Part shown: positions 36,051 to 47,682 of the stretch, piece after piece
How the letters are laid out: each line of letters starts with the position of its first letter
Position numbering within the stretch: the stretch's first letter is position 1
Assembly: GCA_002269645.1 (NCBI GenBank)
Contig: NIVC01001758.1
Span: 124,001 to 188,000, forward strand
From: Macrostomum lignano
Taxonomy: Eukaryota
DNA length: 64,000 nucleotides
Direction of reading: 5' to 3'
Notes under the pieces: generated by a model
What the model was told of the DNA's origin: nothing
Databases searched by the model: none
The model's input: the letters and a program-made list of their open reading frames with translations, nothing else
Translations under genes and position numbers: made by a program

Positions 36051-36454
36051 CCTATATTTCGATTACAGCTCTGTCTTACGGACAGACCTCCATATCCTGA
36101 ATCCATGGAGTTTGATTTTGTGTACTAACTCCAGCTAGTTTCATTTGAACTATAGCCTCAATGAAAAGGAGAAGAGAAAAATGCTATCGCATATTTTACT
36201 ATTGAAATCTACACTGCATAGAAGAGTGATAATTACTCGCTAGCAATCAACCAATAAAACGGAAAATCTTTAAAATGATATATTTTATTACTAGTAGCAG
36301 TTACTACACATCATGCAACAGAATGAAAGCATGCGCAAAATTTGATTTTAATTCAAGTGATAAAAAATCTATATAAGACATGGCAGTAAATGCTGTATTC
36401 ATGAAGACGTGCACACAAAGTATAACACCTTTAAAATTTTACGACATACTATTA

Positions 36455-37395
36455 CTCCAGATTCCAACCCAGAATCCATGATCCCAATCCAGAATCCGTG
36501 ATCCCAACCAGAATCCGTGATCCTAATCCACCTAATCCAGAATCCATGATCTCAATCCAGAATCCATGATTCCAATCCAGAATCCGTGATCCCAATCCAG
36601 AATCCGTGATTCCAATCCAGAATCCGTGATCCCAATCCAGAATCCGTGATACCAATCCAGAATCCTTGATCCCAACCCAGAATCCGTGATCCTAATCCAG
36701 AATCCATGATCCCAATCCAGAATCCGTGATTCCAATCCAGAATGCCAGATTCCAATCCAGAATCCGTGATCCCAATCCAGAATCCGTGATCCCAATCCAG
36801 AATCCATGATCCCAATCCAGAATCCCATATCCTAATCCAGAATCCCATATCCCAATCCAGAATCCCATATCCCAATCCAGAATCCCATACCCCAATCCTG
36901 AATCCCATATCCTAATGCAGAATCCTATATCCCAAAAAAACATCCCAGATCCCAATCCAACATCTCAGATCCCAATTCAGCATCCCAGATCCCAATCAAG
37001 CATCTCAGATCCCAATCCAGAATCCCATATCCCAATGCAGAATCCTATATCCCAACACAACATCCCAGATCCCAATTCAACATCTCAGATCCCAATCCAG
37101 CATCCCAGATCCCAATCAAGCATCTCAGATCCCAATCCAGAATCCCATATCCCAATGCAGAATCCTATATCCCAACACAACATCCCAGATCCCAATTCAA
37201 CATCTCAGATCCCAATATAGCATCCCAGATCCCAATCCAGCATCTCAGATCCCAATCCAGAATCCCATATCCCAATGCAGAATCTTATATCCCAACACAA
37301 CATCCCAGATCCCAATCCAACATCTCAGATCCCAATCCAGCATCCCGGATCCGAATCCAGCATCCCGGATCCGAATCCAGCATCCCGGATCCCAA
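36455..37395. repeat. 20-bp minisatellite (ATCCCAATCCAGAATCCGTG) grading into a 120-bp higher-order repeat
   Basis: Higher-order units start at 36941, 37061, 37181, 37301. Confidence 0.9.
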
Positions 37396-37417
37396 CAAAC
37401 ATCAATAATCAATAAAA

Positions 37418-37983
37418 TCATATGTTCGCAGAAGAAAGCAACATCAGCAGTCCCAGAAATAGAACAGTGAATCGAACTGTTCTAACCCGCAGTTCAGCCT
37501 CCTGCTGAGTTGTCATCGGATTCGACCTGGCGTAGCGAGCCTGACGGTACCGCATGTATTGTCTGAATCGAATTTCACGCAACTGTTGGGCGAAAATTTC
37601 GTCTTCAGCAGACATCCGACGACGCCAATCGGAGTAGCTCTCGCCGTCGCCGTCGCCGCCGCCCTTCGCCGTCTGGATAGGGATTCAAGGATTTGTAAAA
37701 TTAATGCAACACATGGAATTTACGTGCCCTACTTCAAAGAGTAAAGCAGACATAATTAAGAAAGCTTGATCTGTTGCCTAAAAATATGTTTAGATAAAAA
37801 CATTTTTTATATTTGATGATCGGTCGAACTAAGAGTTAATGTGATATGAAAAAAAACAGAAAGGTGTTATGTACAGTGTACACTATATTTAGGGAGACAC
37901 TAAAGGCTCGGCTCTGGGCTTTAGAAAACTGATAATTGATGTAGCAGACAGACAGGCAGACACAGACAGACAGACAGACACTA

Positions 37984-38018
<35 letters not shown>

Positions 38019-38027
38019 GAGACACTA

Positions 38028-38104
<77 letters not shown>

Positions 38105-38115
38105 CTAAGACACTA

Positions 38116-38188
<73 letters not shown>

Positions 38189-38191
38189 CTA

Positions 38192-38226
<35 letters not shown>

Positions 38227-38243
38227 AAGACAGAAACTAAGAC

Positions 38244-38326
<83 letters not shown>

Positions 38327-38369
38327 CTAAGACAGACAGACAGACAGACAGAAAGACAGAAACTAAGAC

Positions 38370-38418
<49 letters not shown>

Positions 38419-38987
38419 GACAGAGAGAGCAAGTCATCACAGGCGCTCACTTGCTGCCGGTGCTGTCTCTGATAGCTCCTGTGCACCCTATTGGCCATTC
38501 TCTCGTACTCCTCCTGAGTCGGGAACGGGCCCTCGCCAGACCGCCTAGCCTGAGCGGCCGCCTCCTCCCAGTAGAAGCGGTAGAACCTGTCCCGTTCGGA
38601 CTGCTGCCTGCCCTGATGATAATCATAATGCCTGTGCGAGCTGAAGGCCGGATCGCTAGACGGTCCGCCGAAGCCTCCAAGCCCAAGCTGACGATCGTAG
38701 GTCCTTCGACTGTCCGGTTTGCTCAATACGCTATAGGCTTCGTTAATTTTAACAAACTGCTCGTGCGAGTCCGTACTGGCCGAATTCGAATCCGGATGCC
38801 ACAGTTTTGATTGTTGAATAAACGCTTCGCGAATTTCTTTAACAGTAGCGTTATGACTCAGGCCCAGTGTCTGGTAATGATTCTTTGACGACGCCCCATG
38901 CTGCCAGCGCCAGATGCAACGACTAGGTGGCGCCGAGGCGGCGCGGCGCCCAACAAAAACAAAAGCTGTCAATTTGTGCAGTAACAT
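37418..38987 (-). CDS. DnaJ (type C) protein with C-terminal hydrophobic segment, DNAJC4-like, 263 aa; exons 38987-38451, 37672-37418
   Basis: J domain [46 protein letters not shown]. Basic N-terminus resembles a mitochondrial presequence (inference). C-terminal [17 protein letters not shown]. Phase 0 GT-AG intron. Confidence 0.88.
37945..38425. repeat. (AGAC)n microsatellite
   Basis: Directly visible in the DnaJ intron. Confidence 0.95.
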
Positions 38988-39029
38988 TTGTCAACTTGCT
39001 GTTTTGAAGGCTTACATGGACCCCTGACC

Positions 39030-40060
39030 CCCACCCCTCAGTTCTAAGATTGACCCCTCAGTTCTAAGATTGACCCCTCAGTTCTAAGATTGACCCTTCA
39101 GTTCTAAGATTGACCCCCTCAGTTCTAAAATTGACCCCTTCAGTTCTAAGATTGACTCCTTCAGTTCTAAGATTGACCCCCTCAGTTCTAAGATTGACCC
39201 CCTCAGTTCTTAGATTGACCCCCCAGTTCTAAGATTGACCCCCTCAGTTCTTAGATTGACCCCCTCAGTTCTAAGATTGACCCCTCAGTTCTAAGATTGA
39301 CCCTTCAGTTCTAAGATTGACCCCTCAGTTCTAATATTGACCCTTCAGTTCTAAGATTGACCCCTTCAGTTCTAAGAGTGACCCTTCAGTTCTAAGATTG
39401 ACCCTTCAGTTCTAAGATTGACCCCCTCAGTTCTTAGATTGACCCCCTCAGTTCTAAGATTGACCCCTCAGTTCTAAGATTGACCCTTCAGTTCTAAGAT
39501 TGACCCCCTCAGTTCTAAGATTGACCCCCTCAGTTCTAAGATTGACCCCCTCAGTTCTAAGATTGACCCCCTCAGTTCTAAGATTGACCCTTCAGTTCTA
39601 AGATTGACCCCCTCAGTTCTAAGATTGACCCCTCAGTTCTAAGATTGACCCTTCAGTTCTAAGATTGACCCCCTCAGTTCTAAGATTGACCCCCATCAGT
39701 TCTAAGATTGAACCCCATCAGTTCTAAGATTGACCCCCATCAGTTCTAAGATTGACCCCCTCAGTTCTAAGATTGACCCTTCAGTTCTAATATTGACCCT
39801 TCAGTTCTAAGATTGACCCCTTCAGTTCTAAGATTGACCATTCAGTTCTAAGATTGACCACCCCAGTTCTAAGATTGACCCCCTCAGTTCTTAGATTGAC
39901 CCCCTCAGTTCTAAGATTGACCCCTCAGTTCTAAGATTGACCATTCAGTTCTAAGATTGACCCCCTCAGTTCTAAGATTGACCCCCATCAGTTCTAAGAT
40001 TGACCCCCTCAGTTCTAAGATTGACCCCCATCAGTTCTAAGATTGAACCCCATCAGTTCT
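39030..40060. repeat. 20-23-bp minisatellite (TTGACCCCCTCAGTTCTAAGA)
   Basis: Tandem array abutting the DnaJ 5' end. Confidence 0.93.
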
Positions 40061-40919
40061 ATCACTCCAAGTCACTCTAAGATTATGAGATAAGCATGTG
40101 AACTCTGCATGCAAGAAACTAGAAACGTATTATTTAAAAACGAGCCATGCAAGGGCCTATTATAGAAGTTTAGCAGTTTTATTTCAAATAAATGTGCATG
40201 AATATTATAATGTGAATTGAGTAGTACACAATCAATCAATCAATCAGTAAGCGTTTAGAAAAAAAAACGACGAGCCAACAAAGATTCGCAGCAGAACAAA
40301 GACATAATTATAAAAAGCTCTATAAGCATAGAGACAATCAGAAATGTTTCATATTTCTCAACATCGCAATATGTTCGATCTGCAGTTGCATCAGCTCGAT
40401 AAAAATTAATAACATAATGAGACACCGCTTCATCGAGAGTACACAATTCTCATTAACTGTCTTCGCTAATTAAGATTAAATTAAGATAGTTTTTAAATAA
40501 CAGCATCGAAACGATTTGGGTAAAGTTCGTACTAAACAAAAAACTTTTATTGTTAATTCCTTAATAAGGTTACTCTGATTACATTTTTATTGTTATTATT
40601 ATGGTATGCACAGATATTGTTAATTGAATTTGGCAACTGTTGCGTAAAAATAATTTCTTGATTAATTATTACTAATATTTTTCTTATTGAATATTATACT
40701 GAAAATATAAAGCCTACTGGAAGTAGCACAGTAGCAATATAAATAAAACACGCAGAAGAAGCCAAGCCTCTGGGATATGGGAGTTTTAATCTGGGATATT
40801 CTGTTCCTAATGCCTTTCTTGCAGTCTGGAATACAAAGGGAAAAGACTTCATTTAAAGAAATCCTGTCCGTTAATGAATGAGTGAATCGCTAGCAGACAA
40901 AACCAGTCGGATTCAATAA

Positions 40920-43900
40920 TCAGATGCGCAGGTTGGCCACCTTCTGCTCGATGGTGTCAGTGTCCCACACGACCAGGCGGCCGTCAACTCCCACGGTGCT
41001 GAATCGGCGAACACGGCTGGCGTCGCTTACAATCACGGCCAGTTGGCTGCGGGGTGACGGTTGGTGAATGAGTGGGTAAGTGAGTGAGTGAGCGGGTGAG
41101 TGAGTGAGTGAGTGAGCGAGCGAGTGAGTGAGCGAGTGAGTGAGTGAGTGAGTGAGTGAGTGAGTGAGTGAGTGAGTGAGTAAGTGAGTGTGTGAGCGAG
41201 TGAGTGAGTGAGTGAGTGAGTGAGCGAGTGAGTGAGTGAGTGAGCGAGTGAGTGAGTGAGTGAGCGAGTGAGTGAGTGAGTGAGCGAGCGAGTGAGTGAG
41301 TGAGTGAGTGAGTGAGTGAACGAGTGAGTGAGTGAGCGAGTGAGTGAGTGAGTGAGTGAGTGAGTGAGTGAGTGAGTAAGTGAGTGTGTGAGTGAGTGAG
41401 TGAGTGAGTGAGTGAACGAGTGAGTGAGCGAGTGAGTGAGTGAGTGAGCGAGTGAGTGAGTGAGTGGGTGAGTGAGTGAGTGAGTGAGTGAGTGAGTGAG
41501 TAAGTGAGTGTGTGAGCGAGTGAGTGAGTGAGTGAGTGAGTGAGCGAGTGAGTGAGTGAGTGAGCGAGTGAGTGAGTGAGTGAGCGAGTGAGTGAGTGAG
41601 TGAGCGAGTGAGTGAGTGAGTGAGCGAGCGAGTGAGTGAGTGAGTGAGTGAGTGAACGAGTGAGTGAGTGAGCGAGTGAGTGAGTGAGTGAGTGAGTGAG
41701 TGAGTGAGTGAGTGAGTAAGTGAGTGTGTGAGTGAGTGAGTGAGTGAGTGAACGAGTGAGTGAGCGAGTGAGTGAGTGAGTGAGCGAGTGAGTGAGTGAG
41801 TGGGTGAGTGAGTGAGTGAGTGAGTGAGTGAGTGAGTGAGTGAGTGAGCGAGTGAGTCAGTCAGTAAGTGAGTGAGTGTTTTAGTGAGTGTTTTAGTGAG
41901 TGAGTGAGTGAGTGAGTGAGTGTGTGAGTGAGTGAGTGAGTGAGTGAACGAGTGAGTGAGCGAGTGAGTGAGTGAGTGAGCGAGTGAGTGAGTGAGTGAG
42001 TGAGTGAGTGAGCGAGTGAGTGAGTGAGTGAGTGAGTGAGTGAGTGAGTGAGTAAGTGAGTGTGTGAGTGAGTGAGTGAGTGAGTGAACGAGTGAGTGAG
42101 CGAGTGAGTGAGTGAGTGAGCGAGTGAGTGAGTGTGTGAGTGAGTGAGTGTGTGTGTGAGTGAGTGAGTGAGTGAGTGAGTGAGTGAGTGAGCGAGTGAG
42201 TGAGTGAGTGAGTGAGTGAGTGAGTGATTGAGTGAGTGAATGAGTGAGTGAGTAGGATTGTCCGTCAGTTAATGAAGAGAGTGAGTCATAAAGTCAGTCA
42301 GTGAGTCAGTGAATTAGTCACTGTCAATGAGTCAGTTGGTCAGTAATAGCAAGAACGCGCAGAGAGGAGAAACAGATGACAAAACAGATGGAGATTGGGA
42401 AAGGAAATTTCAAGATAAAGGAGAGTGCAAGAGTGAAAAGGCAGAGGGAGAATGGAGAATAAAAGCTGAGAGAAGAGTATATGACTTCAATTCCTTAGCC
42501 AAGCCCTTACTTGATAGAGTTCTGATGAACGGTGGTCAATTTCTCAACACTATCCTCCGTGGCCATTCGGTCCATATTGCCGAACATAGTCTTAGCCGTC
42601 ATTTTGGTCGAGCCGCCAGACTGATCGGCCGACATGTTGAGCTGGCCGGCGATGGACAGACTGGCTGAGCCGGCCTCGTAGCGGAACACCACCGGGTAGC
42701 AGTCGTGTCCGGCGGCCACCAGGGCCGTGTCGCTAAGCCAGCAGCAGGTCAGCATTGGCAGCATAGCGAAACGGAGCACGGCCAAGGTTTGAGTCGAGCC
42801 ATTGGCAACGGACACGGAAGAATCGTGCGACACCCAGGCCATCAAGCTGCCGTCCCCATTGAAAGCAACGTCACGGATCCAACCGCCTTGAGTGGGCGGA
42901 AAACGGTTTTTTCTATTAAGGAAATCTGTCTAGAAAACTTAACAAAATAGCAGGCAACACCGTCATAAATGTCTTTTTTAGTCTCCCAGGATTCGCTCAA
43001 ATGGATTTCTAGTTTCCTGCGAAAATGATAGAGCTTCAAGAATTCAGCACAATGAAAACAGAATACTTTAGTGTTACTCAGTGGCCATTCTAGCTGGTCT
43101 ATCAATATCTATTCTATCTAGTCTATTCGTGTCTTTTCTATCTGTGCTATCAAAATCTTGATTCTATCTGGTCTATTCGTGTCTATTCTATCTGGTCTAT
43201 CAATATCTATTCTATCTGGTCTATTCGTGTCTATTCTATCTGGTCTATCAATATCTATTCTATCTAGTCTATTCGTGTCTTTTCTATCTGTGCTATCAAA
43301 ATCTTGATTCTATCTGGTCTATTAGTGTCTATCCTGGCTGGTCTATCAATATCTATCCTGCCTGGTCTATCAGTATCTATCCTGTCTGGTCTATCAGTAT
43401 TTTTCTATTATTTAGTATTTTTCTTTGCCTGGGCTAAACCCTCCAGTCCTTCAGTGCAAGGAACAACACACTAATTAGAAGACAGGTATAAAAACAGCAG
43501 TTTCATAATTTCATATAGGGGTGGCAATACGTCAACTGTATGAACAACACATCAGTCGCATGCAGAGGTGATTGTCGATTTTCAAAAATCTAAAAATCTA
43601 AGTACTAGAAAAGGCTGGTAAGGAACAGGTTAAAATAGACCGATGCTACGGTAATGCAAGAACCGAGCAAGCGGACACCGTTTAGATGCTTATAAAAAGA
43701 CAACATTCACTAACCGTACACGGGCTCAATAGTCCAAGAGGGGATTCGCACAGCAATAATAACTAATAATAATTTACACCTTTTTTAAAAACACAACACG
43801 TTTTAATAGGAAAGGAAATAAAAATTGTGTTATTTAACTTACCGCGATAAGTATCTGAGTCTAAACAGGTAAGGATGTCAACGTTTTATTAAAAAAAATT

Positions 43901-46049
43901 ATTTAAGATTTCCCAAGTCATTTTGGCAAGTTTAGAAACGGCTTAAATTGTTGTCCTGAGTACGAGTTGGATACTTGCAATTAAAGCTGTCAAAAATGCA
44001 AAATAACTCTAATTTGATTGACACAAGTCAACCGCTCGTTCTGAGATTCGATACCTAATCTACCGGATAAATACCCGCCTTCATTCGGGTCAATACCCTC
44101 CTTCCCTCGGGTCAATACCCTTCCCTCAGGATCGATACCCTTCCCCTCAGGATCGATAACCTTCCTCTCAGGATCGATACCCTTCCTCTCAGGATCGATA
44201 ACCTTCCCCTCAGGATCGATACCCTTCCCCTCAGGATCGATACCCTTCCTCTCAGGATCGATACCCTTCCTCTCAGGGTCGATACCCTTCCTCTTAGGGT
44301 CGATACCCCTCCCCTCAGGATCGATACCCCTCTCCTCAGGATCGATACCCCTCTCCTCAGGATCGATACCCCTCCCCTTAGGATTGATACTCTCTCCCCT
44401 CAGGATCCCTTAGGGAAAATACCCCTCGCCAGGAATAGTGGCGTTACCTCCAGTGTGATAATACCCCTTCAATGATCTATACAGATGTCGTAAGGTTACC
44501 CACTTAATTCAACTGCTTAAGATGACCATTGGCGCATTTAAAAAAACAATAGAAAATAACCCTCAGCAACTCACTGCCTCCGTTGGTGTACTCGGCCATA
44601 ACGTTGCTAAATTTCATGTTGCCGCCCCAGCAGGTGGCGGCCGGTTTCTCGTCGGCCTCTTTTAGATAGGCGCTAACAATTCTAGCTTTGAAATCGGTGG
44701 CCCCTACGGCCAATAGGCAATTGTTCGGGTGCCAGGCTAGGCAAGTCACAGTAGACTTGAACGGCTTTTTGATCTGCTTGCACACCCACCAGTTGTGCTC
44801 CTGAAGGTCAGATGTTAAGTGCTAATTAGTAGATCAAATTAGTAGATCAGGTAAGTAGTATAAAGCATCACTATTCTGCTATTCAACTGTTGGATTGTAA
44901 AAAACTTAAACAGACACAGGGATGAAAGGGAATCCAACGTAGATACAAAGGAGGATCCTAATAAAAGAGGATTCCTGGAATGCTACAGAGAAAAGGCGAT
45001 TCCTGGAATCCTACACAGATAAAAGGGGATTCCTGGAATTCTATATAAAGATAAAAAGGCATTCCTGGAATCCTACAGAGATAAAAGGGGATTCCTGGAA
45101 TCCTACAGAGATAAAAGGGGATTCCTGGAATCCCAAAGAGATATAACCTTTGGGGATTCCTGGAATCCTATATAAAGATAAAAAAGGTATTCCTGGAATC
45201 CTACAGAGATAAAATGGGATTTCTAGAATGCTACAGAGATAAAAGGGGATTCCTGGAATCCTACAGAGATAAAAGGGGATTCCTGGAATCCTACAGAGAT
45301 AAAGGGGATTCCTGGAATCCCAAAGAGATATAACCTTTGGGGATTCCTGGAATCCTATATAAAGATAAAAAAGGTATTCCTGGAATCCCACAGAGATAAA
45401 AGGGGATTCCTGGAATCCTTTATAGAGATAAAAGGGAATTCCTAGAATGCTACAGAGATAAAAGGAGATTCCTGGAAGCCTTCAGAGATAAAAGGGGATT
45501 CCTGGAATACTACAGAGATAAAAGGGGATTCCTGGAATCCTACAGAGATAAAAGGGAATTCCTGGAATCCTACAGAGATAAAAGGGAATTCTTGGAATCC
45601 TACAGAGATAAAAGGGGATTCCTGCAATCCTAAAATGAAATCAGTAATAAAGAGCTACTCACAGGTTCAAAGTGGCACACGGACACCAGTTTAGCGCCGC
45701 TGCCAACAGCAAATTTATTCTCCAATGGCGACCATTTAACCACTGTAGCGGCCCGATCAATTCGTAGCAGCACCAGGGTTGGCCGAAATTGGCCAGTGGA
45801 ATCGCGAGTCCAGACGTGGGCATTCCTATCGGCACTGGCCGTGACAATGCGGTCAGTATTGGCGGCCCAGTCGATGCTGGTGACCCGTTCGCTGTGCTCC
45901 TCCAGTGACTGGAGCTTCTCCCATTTTTGGCCAGATTTTTTATAAATGTCCACAGTGTTGGAATTGAGCGACAGGGCCAATTGGCTGCAGTCTTTATTAA
46001 AGCTGTGACAAGTGATTGGAACTGGGCCAAATGAGAGCTCTTCAATCAT
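40920..46049 (-). CDS. ARPC1A: Arp2/3 complex subunit 1 (p41, WD40), 371 aa; exons 46049-45663, 44800-44575, 42886-42511, 41046-40920
   Basis: [128 protein letters not shown]. Phases 0/1/2 are consistent. Invertebrates have one ARPC1 gene, so A versus B is nominal. Confidence 0.95.
41075..42255. repeat. (GAGT)n microsatellite, ~1.2 kb
   Basis: Directly visible in ARPC1 intron 3. Confidence 0.95.
43100..43405. repeat. Degenerate TCTATTCTATCTGG-type minisatellite
   Basis: Visible repeats in ARPC1 intron 2. Confidence 0.75.
44090..44410. repeat. 21-22-bp minisatellite (TCAGGATCGATACCCTTCCTC)
   Basis: About 14 copies in ARPC1 intron 2. Confidence 0.9.
44960..45635. repeat. ~30-bp minisatellite with palindromic core GGATTCCTGGAATCC
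   Basis: Tandem copies fill ARPC1 intron 1. Confidence 0.92.
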
Positions 46050-47682
46050 TGTTTGGCTTCTTTTTAAAAAAATTAGAGTCTCTGCAGAGTCAAAGTATGA
46101 TGTTAAATAAAAAAATTAGTATAAAATTATAATCCCCTGTATATAAACTTTAATTTCTATCACCCTGACAACAGAGACATCAAAAACTTTATTCTACTTA
46201 CTATTTGCTAGTGTCTAAACTGAGGAAAAAATCCTTGTCTATAGTACTTTTGTATGCCTCTGTCTCCAGAGTATAATGCTTATAACAAAATATAATATAT
46301 TATGCCAATGACAAATAAAAGGCTCCAATCATTATTGTCATAGCTAATACTGAATATCAAGGCACTGAAAGAGAACATTTTACCATGGCAATAATGGTCT
46401 ATTACTAAATAGAAATGTTCTCTTTTGGCAGGACATTGCTCTTGCACACAACTCAAAAGACTATCTAGTCCTTCTAAGATACTAGAATTCCTTTTTTGGC
46501 TAAAGGAGATATGGCTACCTAATAGCCTAAATGCAAACCTACTCAATTATAGCATTTAGACATTTAAAATCCCATGCAAACACTATTACCTAATAGAGTT
46601 TAAGCACACTGAAAGCTATTATTGAGATAAAATAGGCAAAAACATCTAAATACTATCTAAAAAGTTTGCTAAGCTTTTTGATAGTTGCAAGAAAAAGCAA
46701 TAGCAACCCATACTCCTGAAAATGCTGTTTTGTGGGGAAAATTCTCGCATGCAACAAGGTACCAGGCAGCCATGCGCTATGTGAACAGTGTGCAGCCAAG
46801 AGGTTGAAACTTTTTTGGCACATGCCACGTGCAACAGTTTTGGCATAAATGACAATATTTTTTTTATTTTAAACTGAATGTCTCACAATAATAGTATAAT
46901 GTACATAGTCATCTTTTTGTACATCTGCAATAAGGAAAACAATTTTTTGCCTGATGCAGTACAATTTTAAGGCATTTATAAGGCATTATATAATAAATAC
47001 AAACAATAGTATTTTGTTAAAGTAAATTTCTTTTTTGTTTCATTTTGTTAAATTGGGGGAAGAAAGAAAGGAGAGGAGGAGAAAAGGAAAAGAAAGGAAA
47101 GAGAAGAGAGAGAGGGGAAAGGGAGAGAAAGAGAAAGAGAAAAAAAGAGAAAAAGGCAAGAAAAGTAATATACAAAGTGAAAATTAAGCTACAATTGGGG
47201 GAACTAATCCACAATTAAGAGGAACTAAGTTGCAATTGGGGGAACTAAGTTGCAATTGGGAGGAACTAAGTTGCAATTGGGATGTCGATAAACTAAGTTG
47301 CACTGGACAAGTGAAATTTTGAGGTTGGGCATATATGTACCATGTTATCCAAATGGTAAGAAGACAAGACACAAATGTCTAAAGTTTGAATAGCTACTTG
47401 GATTGCATATAAGATAATTAATTAGATTAATTGAAAAAATATTAAGTATATCAAATTATATAATATTATGTAATATAGGTTTAAATATGTAAATGTAACA
47501 TTGATTGATATTAATGATATACATATACTATTTGTTGTTATATATGTATATTTATTTATATTCATTGAATTTGATTTTACATTCAATCAGATTCATATTA
47601 CTGAGTATACAAGTTCCTTATTTTTTTTCAATTTCAATTTATCCCTTAATTTCAACTATTCACTTCATAGCATTATCTGTCC

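Noticed and set aside
36452-37220. Trp/Ile/Gly-rich repetitive ORFs
   Set aside because: Minisatellite translations.
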